Assembly (NCBI GenBank): GCA_964570875.1
Contig: CAZMZE010000003.1
Span: 11,975 to 75,974 of the forward strand
From: an uncultured Dehalococcoidia bacterium
Lineage (GTDB): Bacteria > Chloroflexota > Dehalococcoidia > Lucifugimonadales > CATQGZ01
Direction: 5' to 3'
Length of the DNA stretch: 64,000 bases
The translations under genes and the position numbers were made by a program. The notes under the pieces are model-generated. The model did not search any database and was not told the DNA's origin. It worked only from the letters and a program-made list of their open reading frames with translations. Positions within the stretch are counted from its first letter, which is position 1. Each line of letters starts with the position of its first letter. Below, piece by piece: positions 1 to 9,225 of this stretch.

Positions 1-265
1 CATCCGCTATTGGTTGGAACAGTCCAAATGGTCCCCATCGATTTGGTCCAAGCCTTACGTGAAATCTACCCAGTAACCGCCGTTCAAACCATGTGTATAA
101 AGCGGTGGCCATGACTAAAGTGTTTACAACCGCAAAAGCTAGTAAAGAACCTGCTATAGAAAATGCCATCCACTCGGGAAAACCCGGCATTCCCAAGAAC
201 CCTTTAGAAAACATTGAGTACAGGCTACAGAATCCTAGAATTCCTTGTTCAATATCATTACACAC
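1..265 (-). CDS. nuoH: NADH-quinone oxidoreductase subunit H, N-terminal part (gene continues beyond the window edge)
   Basis: Not in the ORF track because it runs off the window. My minus-strand translation reads ...[71 protein letters not shown], the conserved NuoH N-terminus. A GTG at 265-263 lies 10 nt after AGGTGAGG and overlaps the nuoD TAG by 1 nt. An ATG at 214 is the alternative start. Confidence 0.85.
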   Translation of the reverse strand, partial: MCNDIEQGILGFCSLYSMFSKGFLGMPGFPEWMAFSIAGSLLAFAVVNTLVMATALYTWFERRLLGRFHVRLGPNRWGPFGLFQPIAD

Positions 266-1368
266 TACCGATCAACCTCACCTAAAACGACGTCTACTGA
301 ACCAAATATCACTATGAGGTCACCCATCTTCCAGCCAACTACCATCTCTTTGAGAGGAGTTAGGTTAATAAATGATGGCGCCCGAATTTTACAGCGATAT
401 GGTGCTATGCCTTCATCGCTCACTAAATAAAATCCTAGTTCCCCTTTAGGACCTTCTACAGCTGAATATGCTTCTCCAACAGGCGGCCTAAGATTAAACG
501 GAGATTCTGTCCGCACTGGACCCGCAGGTAGTTGTTTTAAACACTGCTCAATAATCTTTATGCTTTCTCTCATTTCCAATATACGAACCACATACCTGTC
601 ATATGTGTCGCCGGAAGTGCCTATTGGCACATCAAATTCGAGCCGGTCATAAATTTCGTACGGGTCTGCCTTACGAAGATCCCATTTAACGCCTGCAGCT
701 CTGAGCATAGGGCCTGTTACAGAATTTTCAAGCGCCGATTGATCACCCAAAACACCAACTCCTCGAGTTCTCGCTAAGACTATTTCGTTCTGGGTTATAA
801 GCTTTTCCAAGTCATCAATATAACCAGGCATGTTGGAAATGAAATCGTCTAACGCTGGCCAAAAATCTGCTGGTGCATCCTGAAAAACACCTCCCGGACG
901 CATATAGCTGAGTGTGATTCTCGCTCCACAAAGCATTTCGAAAAGGTCAAGAATTCGCTCTCGCTCCCTAAAGCAATACATCAAAGGGGTAGCAAATGCT
1001 CCCATATCATTAAGAAGGAAGCCTGTGGCCATCAAATGACTAGCGATTCTTTGTAATTCTGCCGATATTACCCTCAAATACATTCCGCGTTCCGGAACAG
1101 CAATACCTGCTAATTTTTCAACTGTTCGGACATAGGCCAGATTATTAGACATGCTAGCAACATAATCTAAGCGATCTGTAAGTGTTACTATTTGGACATA
1201 GGACCTAGATTCTGCTAGTTTTTCCGTCCCCCTGTGCAAATAACCAAACACTGGCTCAACATCCACCACAACCTCACCATCAAACGTCACTCTGAGCCTG
1301 AAAACTCCATGAGTGGAAGGATGCTGGGGACCAAGATTAATCGTTACTGGCTCTGATTTAATAGCCAT
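265..1368 (-). CDS. nuoD: NADH-quinone oxidoreductase subunit D (49-kDa subunit)
   Basis: 367 aa. Carries [14 protein letters not shown] and [11 protein letters not shown] motifs and is full length. Abuts nuoC. Confidence 0.97.
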   Translation of the reverse strand: MAIKSEPVTINLGPQHPSTHGVFRLRVTFDGEVVVDVEPVFGYLHRGTEKLAESRSYVQIVTLTDRLDYVASMSNNLAYVRTVEKLAGIAVPERGMYLRVISAELQRIASHLMATGFLLNDMGAFATPLMYCFRERERILDLFEMLCGARITLSYMRPGGVFQDAPADFWPALDDFISNMPGYIDDLEKLITQNEIVLARTRGVGVLGDQSALENSVTGPMLRAAGVKWDLRKADPYEIYDRLEFDVPIGTSGDTYDRYVVRILEMRESIKIIEQCLKQLPAGPVRTESPFNLRPPVGEAYSAVEGPKGELGFYLVSDEGIAPYRCKIRAPSFINLTPLKEMVVGWKMGDLIVIFGSVDVVLGEVDR

Positions 1369-1812
1369 TTATCCCAGGTAATCCTTCCTGAGCGGGTGTC
1401 CAGAAAATCCTTCCCACAACAAAATCCTCTTTAAATTTGGGTGGGCATCAAACTTAATACCCATCAAGTCCCAGATTTCACGCTCTTGTAAATCAGCACC
1501 CGGCCAAAGTTCTACTAGGGACGGAACAACAGGCTCGTCCCGACCAAAAGCACGAGCCTTTAGTACCATGCTTTGATTCAGCTTCATTGAGCGTAGGTGG
1601 TAGATCAGTTCAAAATATTCAACATAGTCTACTGCCGTTATCCCGATCAAAAATGAGAAATCTAAACTAGGTTCTTGTTTCAAGAATTTCGCTACTGGTC
1701 CAAGATGGTCAAGTTTCACCAAAAGGTCAGTTTCAGTACAGGAGACCACAGCCTCTGGTATGTGGTTATTTACTAGGCTGGCTACATCTTTTGCTACAAG
1801 TTCAACAGTCAC
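1369..1812 (-). CDS. nuoC: NADH-quinone oxidoreductase subunit C (30-kDa subunit)
   Basis: 147 aa. EREIWDLMGIKFDAHPNLKRILL is typical of NuoC. Sits between nuoB and nuoD. Confidence 0.92.
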   Translation of the reverse strand: MTVELVAKDVASLVNNHIPEAVVSCTETDLLVKLDHLGPVAKFLKQEPSLDFSFLIGITAVDYVEYFELIYHLRSMKLNQSMVLKARAFGRDEPVVPSLVELWPGADLQEREIWDLMGIKFDAHPNLKRILLWEGFSGHPLRKDYLG

Positions 1813-1813
1813 A

Positions 1814-2428
1814 CTACTCTTCCAATTCCGGTTTACGTTTTATAGAGTAACGCTTAATTTTTTCATGCAACTGCATTATCCCATACAGTAATGCGTCAGG
1901 CCGCGGGGGACATCCTGGCACATACACATCAACAGGTATAATGTGGTTGACTCCCGGTACCACACTGTACGATCCGTAATAAGGTCCTCCGCTAGTTGCA
2001 CACACTCCCATCGATATAACCCATTTGGGTTCAGCCATCTGCTCATATACACGTTGTATGGCTGGAGCCATTTTCCAAGTCACGGTACCTGCAACTATCA
2101 TTAAGTCTGCCTGGCGAGGAGATGGTCTGAACACCTCCATTCCAAACCTAGCTATATCAAATCTTGACATTGCACTTGCCATCATTTCAAAAGCACAGCA
2201 CGCCAGTCCGAATGAAAGAGGCCATACTGCTGACTTTCTGCCCCAATTAATCAAAGCATCAACTGAGGTAACAGCCAGATTACGATCAAGATCATCTGGC
2301 ACTTCAATCACAGGTGAAGCAAAGGGCTTGGTATGGGTCTCCTTAACGTGAGAGACGTGCTCTCCCTCGGAATTATCTAATCCCCATGTAGTTGAGTGAA
2401 GAGGAATTCTTTCATTACCAGTTATCAC
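1814..2428 (-). CDS. nuoB: NADH-quinone oxidoreductase subunit B (20-kDa/PSST subunit)
   Basis: 204 aa. Has [34 protein letters not shown] and VPGCPPRP, the N2 cluster ligand motifs. Confidence 0.96.
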   Translation of the reverse strand: MITGNERIPLHSTTWGLDNSEGEHVSHVKETHTKPFASPVIEVPDDLDRNLAVTSVDALINWGRKSAVWPLSFGLACCAFEMMASAMSRFDIARFGMEVFRPSPRQADLMIVAGTVTWKMAPAIQRVYEQMAEPKWVISMGVCATSGGPYYGSYSVVPGVNHIIPVDVYVPGCPPRPDALLYGIMQLHEKIKRYSIKRKPELEE

Positions 2429-2432
2429 AATC

Positions 2433-2840
2433 TTATCCCCAATCTAATGATCCTTTACGTATTGCATATAGCCAACCCACTACCAAAATACCTATAAAAA
2501 CCATCATTTCGAGTAAAACAAATATCCCAAATTCTTTTGACATCATCCCAAAATTTGATGCCCATGGGAATAGGAATACAACCTCTACGTCAAAAATAAC
2601 GAAGAGTAAAGCTATTCCGTAGTAGCGAAAATTAAAATTGGTCCATCTTCCCCCCAAGGTCTCGAACCCACATTCGTAGATGCTTTTTTTTACTACCGTG
2701 GGGAAGCTTGGCCTAATTTTGAACAAAGACAAAAACCACGACAAAACGATCATCCCTGTCGGCACACCAACAGCTATGGCCGTGAAGATCGCGATGAGGC
2801 CGTATCTCCGGAAATAATCGTCGAGTAAAATTTCACTCAT
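2433..2840 (-). CDS. nuoA: NADH-quinone oxidoreductase subunit A
   Basis: 135 aa with three hydrophobic helices and a YECGFE motif. First gene of the nuo cluster. Confidence 0.9.
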   Translation of the reverse strand: MSEILLDDYFRRYGLIAIFTAIAVGVPTGMIVLSWFLSLFKIRPSFPTVVKKSIYECGFETLGGRWTNFNFRYYGIALLFVIFDVEVVFLFPWASNFGMMSKEFGIFVLLEMMVFIGILVVGWLYAIRKGSLDWG

Positions 2841-3240
2841 AAAATTCGCGAGTCATTATGACCCAAATAGTAAAATGTTCCCATTTCGCCGCCATTTTTT
2901 CATGATTCCCAGTATTGACGGAGCGGCAGAAATATAGCATATGAAAGCCCCTCCTTGCAAGCTTGAAAAGCCAACAAAACGCTCATAACCAGATGAATCG
3001 AACAATGTTTTAGAAAACTGATACTCGGCCCCTCGTATTAGAGTATAATCAAATCTGATATCAAAGTCCTGTAATTGGACAGTTGTTAAGACTGATTCCA
3101 AGATACTGAGTTGGTTTTACAAGTGAATCAGGTTATATATTTTAAGTGATTGCAACAATACAAATTCACCCTCAGAATCCCGGCCTCCTCCCTAACTCTA
3201 TAATTTATGTGAACTAAGACGCTAATCAGAATCGTCTAAA

Positions 3241-4281
3241 ATGCCGACAGCTTTACCAAAAATATTCTTAAAATACCGGTCGTTAATCGATAAGGCCCTC
3301 AGGACCGAGCTCTCTGAAAACTCTAACCCTGCACCCAATGTATACCAAATGCTGAGATACAACATGGGGTGGGTAGACCCTAGTGGAATTGCTAGTGATG
3401 GCAAAGAAGGCAAAGCTCTACGGCCTACACTTTGCTTGTTTGCTTGCGAAGCTGTTGGTGGAATTAGCAGACAAGCCATACCTACAGCTGTCGCTTTAGA
3501 ACTAATCCACTGTTTCTCTCTAATTCACGATGATATTCAGGATAAAGATGAGTTCAGGCATCACAGACCAACCCTGTGGACCGTTTGGGGCGTACCTAAA
3601 GCACTTACAGCTGGAAATATTCTCCGAATAGTAGCAGACATGGCTTTAGAAAAATTGCATAGGGAAGGAGTTGCATCTGAGATATCATTGCAGGGAGTAC
3701 AAATGCTAACCGACGCATACCTTTCTATGATTGAAGGACAATACCTAGACCTGTTTTATGAGGGTAAAAACGATATTAGTATCTCGCAATATCTTGATAT
3801 GATTTCTAGAAAAACTGGTGCTTTAATCAGATGTTCTACAACCATCGGAGCTTTCATAGGCAATCAAGACGAGCAAGCAGTAGCATCTATGGCAAAATTT
3901 GGAATGTCTCTCGGTTATATTTTCCAAATTAGGGACGATATTCTTGGGGTGTGGGGAGATGAAAAAAACACAGGTAAACCCGTTGGAGCAGACATCAAGC
4001 GCAAGAAAAATTCCTTGCCTATAGTCTATGCAATGTCAACAATACAAGGAGTTGACAGGCAAACTCTTCATGACATATACGGAGGAGATGACTTGTCAAA
4101 TGACCAAGTCTCGATTGTATTGGAGATAATGGCACGTTCTAAAGTTTTGGAATATGCAAAATCTCTTGCTGACCTGCATGCTCAAGAAGCTCTAAACGAA
4201 CTTTCTCTGATGGACATTGATCTGGAGGCCAGATCTGAAGCAAGAGAATTAATCCATTTCTTATTGGAAAGAGACCATTAG
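3241..4281 (+). CDS. short-chain polyprenyl diphosphate synthase (FPP/GGPP synthase type)
   Basis: 346 aa with two Asp-rich motifs, FSLIHDDIQD and FQIRDDILG. An aromatic Phe five residues before the first motif suggests a C15/C20 product. Sits upstream of hpnCDE. Confidence 0.9.
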   Translation: MPTALPKIFLKYRSLIDKALRTELSENSNPAPNVYQMLRYNMGWVDPSGIASDGKEGKALRPTLCLFACEAVGGISRQAIPTAVALELIHCFSLIHDDIQDKDEFRHHRPTLWTVWGVPKALTAGNILRIVADMALEKLHREGVASEISLQGVQMLTDAYLSMIEGQYLDLFYEGKNDISISQYLDMISRKTGALIRCSTTIGAFIGNQDEQAVASMAKFGMSLGYIFQIRDDILGVWGDEKNTGKPVGADIKRKKNSLPIVYAMSTIQGVDRQTLHDIYGGDDLSNDQVSIVLEIMARSKVLEYAKSLADLHAQEALNELSLMDIDLEARSEARELIHFLLERDH

Positions 4282-4379
4282 TGCAAATACCGACACAACC
4301 GAATCACTGTATTTGTACAACGTCAACAGTATATGTGTAGTTTTCAAAATCGAGTTATAATGATACGAGAGGGTGATTG

Positions 4380-4859
4380 ATGCAAGCAATCGAAACGGGT
4401 TTTAGAACAGCTTTATTTCATATCTCGGTTAATTCTGAGACAGCACCGGAATTCATAGACATCACTGATCAAGTTGTTGACGCAGTCAGCCGTTCAGGTA
4501 TCTCTAACGGCACAGTTCTCGTATTCTCAAAACATACCACGGTAGCAGTAACTATCCAAGAAAATGAACCCTTGCTTCTAGTAGACATGGCTAAAATGCT
4601 AGAACGACTCAGCCCTAAAAAAGCAGACTATCACCACAACGATTTTGCAATCAGAACTGTACACATGCATGAAGATGAATGCCCAAACGGCCACTCTCAT
4701 TGCCAGCACCTGACACTTGGAAGTAGTGAAACTATGCCAATTGTTGACCGAAACATCATACTGGGAGAGTTCCAGAGGATTTTTGCGGTTGAACTCGATG
4801 CTGAGAAAGCAATTAAGGTGGGCGGTCGTGAGGTGCTAGTCCATATTATGGGTGCATAA
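4380..4859 (+). CDS. yjbQ: YjbQ/UPF0047 family protein (secondary thiamine-phosphate synthase family)
   Basis: SKHTTVAVTIQENEP and NGHSHCQHLTLGSSETMPI...LGEFQRIFAVELD match the YjbQ signature. The ATG at 4380 is preceded by GAGGGTGA; the track start at 4377 is a TTG one codon upstream. Confidence 0.85.
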   Translation: MQAIETGFRTALFHISVNSETAPEFIDITDQVVDAVSRSGISNGTVLVFSKHTTVAVTIQENEPLLLVDMAKMLERLSPKKADYHHNDFAIRTVHMHEDECPNGHSHCQHLTLGSSETMPIVDRNIILGEFQRIFAVELDAEKAIKVGGREVLVHIMGA

Positions 4860-4874
4860 ATTCCCATAACCGCT

Positions 4875-5756
4875 ATGATTCCCAGGAATTCAGAAAACAT
4901 CTCGAATATCGCTGACTCATACGGATACTGCGAACGCCTTGCCAAGCGCCATTATGAAAACTTCCTTGTAGGCTCACTGCTTCTACCCAAAGACAAGAAA
5001 AGACATCTTTACGCTATCTACGCTTTTTGTCGTATTACAGACGATTTGGGTGATGATTATTTAGGCAATAGAACAGAAGCTCTTAATTACTGGGAAAAAC
5101 AAACTATGGAATGTTTTACAGGAGAGCCTCAGCATCCCAGCATGTTAGCGCTGCAGCACACGGTTAATTTACATAATATGCCCGTAGAGCCTTTTCTAAA
5201 ACTAATAGAAGCAAACCGAATGGACCAATTGAAAAACACTTATCGTACGTTCGGTGAATTGGAATTTTACTGCAACCACTCTGCTAACCCTGTAGGCCAT
5301 ATGGTGCTTTGGCTTTTTGGATACAGAGACAAAGAAAGACAAAATCTCTCCGACCATATATGCACCGCTTTACAACTGACAAACTTTTGGCAAGACATAC
5401 GCAGAGATTTAACATTGGGCCGAATATACATGCCTATTGAAGATATCGAACGATTCGGATATTCAACACATGAGTTGTTGCAGGGTAAATTCACAGATGC
5501 TTTCCAAAAGCTTATGGTGTACCAGGTAGCCAGAACCCGCGAATTATTCGATCGTGGGCAACCATTGGCAAACAAATTGGATAATAAACTGCGCTTTGAT
5601 GTTGAACTGTTTATCAAAGGCGGTTTGTCAGTTTTGAACGCTATCGAAAAGCAGAACTACAATACATTTATACATAGACCAATCGTCAGCAAAAGCCAGA
5701 AATTGTTGCTGTTACTTAGCAGCTTTATCAAAATGAAACTTTTACACAAAGATTAG
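4875..5756 (+). CDS. hpnC: hydroxysqualene synthase HpnC (squalene/phytoene synthase family)
   Basis: 293 aa. RHYENFLVGSLLLP...AIYAFCRITDDLGD and QLTNFWQDIRRD motifs; the YENF(P/L)V N-terminus is the HpnC-type signature as I recall it. First of two tandem SQS/PSY paralogues. Confidence 0.85.
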   Translation: MIPRNSENISNIADSYGYCERLAKRHYENFLVGSLLLPKDKKRHLYAIYAFCRITDDLGDDYLGNRTEALNYWEKQTMECFTGEPQHPSMLALQHTVNLHNMPVEPFLKLIEANRMDQLKNTYRTFGELEFYCNHSANPVGHMVLWLFGYRDKERQNLSDHICTALQLTNFWQDIRRDLTLGRIYMPIEDIERFGYSTHELLQGKFTDAFQKLMVYQVARTRELFDRGQPLANKLDNKLRFDVELFIKGGLSVLNAIEKQNYNTFIHRPIVSKSQKLLLLLSSFIKMKLLHKD

Positions 5757-5781
5757 TTAGTTACTATTTAACCAAATTCTC

Positions 5782-6660
5782 ATGTCAAAACAAATTGAAA
5801 ATGCTTTTAATTATTGTGAACAGGTGTCCAAAAAGCGGGCGAAGAATTTTTATTATGCCTTCCGCACACTTCCAGTTCTGAAACGTCAGGCGATTTATGC
5901 GATATACGCATTTTGCCGCTATTGTGATGATGTTACAGATGGTAATTTGCCAACCGAAGAAAAAAAACAGATTCTAGAAAAAATCAGGAACTCGTTAAAT
6001 CATCCCGACCCAGGTGGTGACGATCCGTTATTTACAGCACTCCGCGAAACAATATCTAAATTTCAAATACCAACAGTTTATTTTGACGAATTAATGAACG
6101 GTTTCGAAATGGATCTCACAAAAACCCGATTCGAGGATTTTGAAGAATTGAGGCATTATTGCTATTGCGTGGCTTCGAGCGTGGGCCTCATTTGCCTTGA
6201 AATATTCGGATATCAAGAAGATTCAAATGCAAAGACGCACGCTATCGACTTGGGCATTGGGATGCAATTGACAAATATAATGCGTGATATCAAAGAGGAT
6301 AGTGGTAGGGGAAGAATATACATACCTCTCCAAGAGATGGTAAATCATGAATATAAGGAAAGTGAGTTGATGGCCGAGCTCATAAACGACAAATACCACA
6401 GCCTGATGGATGCTCAAGCTAAGAGAGCAAGAAAATATCTTGATTCCGGCCAACAACTAGCACCATTGGTCAAGATTGAATCTCGGCCTTGCGTGGCAAT
6501 CCTGCATTCTCTTTACCGCGCCATACTTAATCGAATTGTAGATAATGATTACCAAGTATTTGGAAATCCTATCGGACTCAACCATATGGAGAAAATAATA
6601 CTCACTGTGAGACTATGGACATCAACGCTGATAATCAAGGCACTAAAGCTAAAAAAGTAG
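5782..6660 (+). CDS. hpnD: presqualene diphosphate synthase HpnD (squalene/phytoene synthase family)
   Basis: 292 aa. AKNFYYAFRTLP...AIYAFCRYCDDVTD and QLTNIMRDIKED motifs. Second tandem SQS/PSY paralogue. Confidence 0.85.
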   Translation: MSKQIENAFNYCEQVSKKRAKNFYYAFRTLPVLKRQAIYAIYAFCRYCDDVTDGNLPTEEKKQILEKIRNSLNHPDPGGDDPLFTALRETISKFQIPTVYFDELMNGFEMDLTKTRFEDFEELRHYCYCVASSVGLICLEIFGYQEDSNAKTHAIDLGIGMQLTNIMRDIKEDSGRGRIYIPLQEMVNHEYKESELMAELINDKYHSLMDAQAKRARKYLDSGQQLAPLVKIESRPCVAILHSLYRAILNRIVDNDYQVFGNPIGLNHMEKIILTVRLWTSTLIIKALKLKK

Positions 6661-7988
6661 TGATTTTCGGTGGGGGATTGGCAGGTATTACCGCTGCTAA
6701 ATACCTGATCGACCAAGGATACAGCGTGTCCCTCGTAGAAAAAAGGCCCTTTTTAGGTGGCAGGGCATATTCATTCAGTACACCTGAGTTGGACACGGAC
6801 GTAGATAATGGTCAACACGTTTTCATGGGTTGTTGCACCTCTTACACCAGATTGATCCAAGACCTTGGTTCATATGACGCAACTTTTGTACAAGAAAAAT
6901 TGGAAATTGAAATTCTCCTAGACTCTAAAAGCGGGTGGTTGACAAGCCAGCCATCTCTAAAAATACTACACATGCTCCCTGCTCTAATTGGTTACCCTCA
7001 TTTAGGCATATTGGACAAAATCAGAGTAATGTACGGACTCGCATGCATAAGATTGGATGACAGAAAAAATAATTCTGTAAAGAAAGATAGGGAAAGCTTT
7101 CTACTATGGTTAAAGCGACACCACCAATCTAAGAACTCAATAGAAAATTTCTGGAAGCTCATTATATTACCAAGCCTGAATGACAACATTCATAGCGTTA
7201 ATACTGACATGGCAATGCTAGTGCTCCAAGAAGGGTTCCTCGGTCACCCAACGAATTCCATAATAGGATTTGGTAAGGCAGGACTAGATTCTCTAACCAC
7301 GACACCTGCTGAAAATTTGATTCTCAAGAAAGGAGGAACTCTGCTGCTAGGGAAGACAGTAATCAAGATTAATATTGACGAGCAACTGGCCACTTCTGTA
7401 AAACTATCTGATGGATCTACTCTGGAAGCTGACGCATTTATCAGCGCATTACCTTTTGATACTTTATTGAACTGCCTTCCAATTGAACAAAAACAAAGCT
7501 CGTTTTTCAGTCCTATCCAACATCTAAAATACGCACCCATCGTCAACATTCATTTTTGGTACGATAAACCAGTGATGTCTCAAGCTTTTGTTTCAGTATT
7601 AAACAGTCCAATTCAGTGGGTATTTAATCGAAGCGAAATTCAAAGTTCTGGCCAAACAAGTTCACAACATTTATGTATCTCTCTTAGTGGTGCGTGGGAA
7701 TTTGTTGATTTGGCAAAAAGCGAATTGATAAAACTATTTACTAATGAAATGCATCGTGTTTTTCCCAAATCAAGGCACGCCAATATTGAAAAAGCTTTCG
7801 TCATAAAACAACCCAACGCAACTTTTAGGTGTCTGCCGGGATCGGGAGCCTATCGTCCGTCACAAATTACTCCCATATCCAATTTCTTTTTGGCAGGCGA
7901 TTGGACAAACACAGGATGGCCATCCACTATGGAAAGTGCCGTCCGCAGCGGGGAATTAGCTGCACAAGCTCTTGTTTCAAAAAGATAA
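6615..7988 (+). CDS. hpnE: hydroxysqualene dehydroxylase HpnE (FAD-dependent amine-oxidase-like)
   Basis: 457 aa with an N-terminal dinucleotide fold (VVIFGGGLAGITAA...VEKRPFLGGRA) and a C-terminal FLAGDWT motif. The start is either the ATG at 6615 (46-nt overlap with hpnD) or the GTG at 6660 (1-nt overlap with the hpnD TAG). Confidence 0.8.
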   Translation: MDINADNQGTKAKKVVIFGGGLAGITAAKYLIDQGYSVSLVEKRPFLGGRAYSFSTPELDTDVDNGQHVFMGCCTSYTRLIQDLGSYDATFVQEKLEIEILLDSKSGWLTSQPSLKILHMLPALIGYPHLGILDKIRVMYGLACIRLDDRKNNSVKKDRESFLLWLKRHHQSKNSIENFWKLIILPSLNDNIHSVNTDMAMLVLQEGFLGHPTNSIIGFGKAGLDSLTTTPAENLILKKGGTLLLGKTVIKINIDEQLATSVKLSDGSTLEADAFISALPFDTLLNCLPIEQKQSSFFSPIQHLKYAPIVNIHFWYDKPVMSQAFVSVLNSPIQWVFNRSEIQSSGQTSSQHLCISLSGAWEFVDLAKSELIKLFTNEMHRVFPKSRHANIEKAFVIKQPNATFRCLPGSGAYRPSQITPISNFFLAGDWTNTGWPSTMESAVRSGELAAQALVSKR

Positions 7989-8139
7989 TGTCTATAACGC
8001 TCGTTTTCAGGCAAACGTTCTCGATGATGAAAATCAGCATGTCATCAACGCGGATTTAGTACAATCTGACTGGTGTATACAAAAAGTTGACAACAAAATT
8101 CTCTTCCAAGGATGATTCTAATAAACGGGAAGTTGTTAT

Positions 8140-9039
8140 ATGTCATCAGTAGTAATCGATACTGATCCAGGCACTGACGACGCTATCGCTCTCATGATGG
8201 CGTTACAAAGTAATGGATTAGACGTGATCGGAATTACCACAGTGGGAGGAAATGCCCACCTTACAGAAACTACTAAGAATACCCTCAGCCTTTTGGAGTA
8301 TCTTAGTAGACCAAATATTCAAGTCCACGTCGGCAGAGCCGATCCTCTCGAAGGTAAATATACTCACGCATACGAATACCATGGCGAAGGAGGGCTTACT
8401 GTTCAATTGCCCGAACCTCGTATAAAACCGACCTCTCATGACGCTGTTGCTTTTATCGCCAATAAAATCCCTGAGTGTTCTGAACTGGTTGACATAATAG
8501 CTCTTGGACCACTTACCAACATTGCCCTTGCTTTAAACAAAAACCCCGACTTGAGCCAATCAATTGGAAAAATTGTAGTAATGGGTGGAGCCATATCAGT
8601 ACCTGGAAATATCACTACAGAATCAGAATTCAATATCTATAACGATCCAAAAGCAGCCAACATTGTGTTCTCTTCAGGAATCCCCATTAAACTAGTAGGG
8701 CTAGATGTTTGCAATCTTGTTTACTTAGAAACAAAGGATCTAAAGTCTCTCGGCGAATCAAGGGCCGCTAACCTATCAAAGCACTTACTGGGAAACTGGT
8801 TCAAACAGATGCCAGCCGGAGCAAAATATAGCCTGTACGATCCATTGGCAATCATGTGCCACACAAACTCGGGGACATTGAGATATAAATCAGCAAAAGT
8901 CGAAGTTGATGAACGTGCAACAGGGTCTTTAGGAAAAACTACCGCACACTTTGGTGAAGGACCAATTCAGGTAGCTATTGCCGTAGATCAGAAAAATGTT
9001 TCCGACATGGTAATTTCAACACTTAACAACCATCTTTGA
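8140..9039 (+). CDS. inosine/uridine-preferring nucleoside hydrolase family protein
   Basis: 299 aa. N-terminal VVIDTDPGTDDAIALMMAL aspartate cluster and GPLTNIALAL motif, typical of the IUNH family. Confidence 0.9.
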   Translation: MSSVVIDTDPGTDDAIALMMALQSNGLDVIGITTVGGNAHLTETTKNTLSLLEYLSRPNIQVHVGRADPLEGKYTHAYEYHGEGGLTVQLPEPRIKPTSHDAVAFIANKIPECSELVDIIALGPLTNIALALNKNPDLSQSIGKIVVMGGAISVPGNITTESEFNIYNDPKAANIVFSSGIPIKLVGLDVCNLVYLETKDLKSLGESRAANLSKHLLGNWFKQMPAGAKYSLYDPLAIMCHTNSGTLRYKSAKVEVDERATGSLGKTTAHFGEGPIQVAIAVDQKNVSDMVISTLNNHL

Positions 9040-9186
9040 CTCACCGATTAAATTTGGTGCGCTCCTTGATGGAGCTGTTCTCGTAACTCATACGAAACCA
9101 ATCGATTGTTAACGTTGGAGAAAATACGCTTCACACCAATGATAAAGTTGTCGTCTGTTAGATACGCATGCTATATTATACTGGTA

Positions 9187-9209
9187 TTGTTGACCAATTT
9201 AATCAACAA
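9187..9209 (+). promoter_or_regulatory. 7-bp inverted repeat TTGTTGA-N9-TCAACAA just upstream of the sufB ribosome-binding site (candidate operator)
   Basis: Arms at 9187-9193 and 9203-9209 are exact reverse complements. The repeat lies 17 nt before the sufB ATG and downstream of a TTGTCG-N18-TATATT promoter-like pair (9148-9177). Confidence 0.3.
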
Positions 9210-9225
9210 AGGCGGATCCTACTAA

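Noticed and set aside
2856-3101. 81-aa minus-strand ORF just upstream of nuoA
   Set aside because: It has no SD, no recognisable motif and an implausible composition. It lies in the 400-bp divergent promoter region between nuoA and the prenyl synthase. Left uncalled, though a small lineage-specific protein cannot be excluded.
8140-9039. Possibility that the nucleoside hydrolase downstream of hpnCDE is the hopanoid nucleosidase HpnG
   Set aside because: HpnG belongs to the PNP/MTA-nucleosidase fold, whereas this protein has the IUNH-family DTDPGxDD signature. A 150-nt gap also separates it from hpnE.
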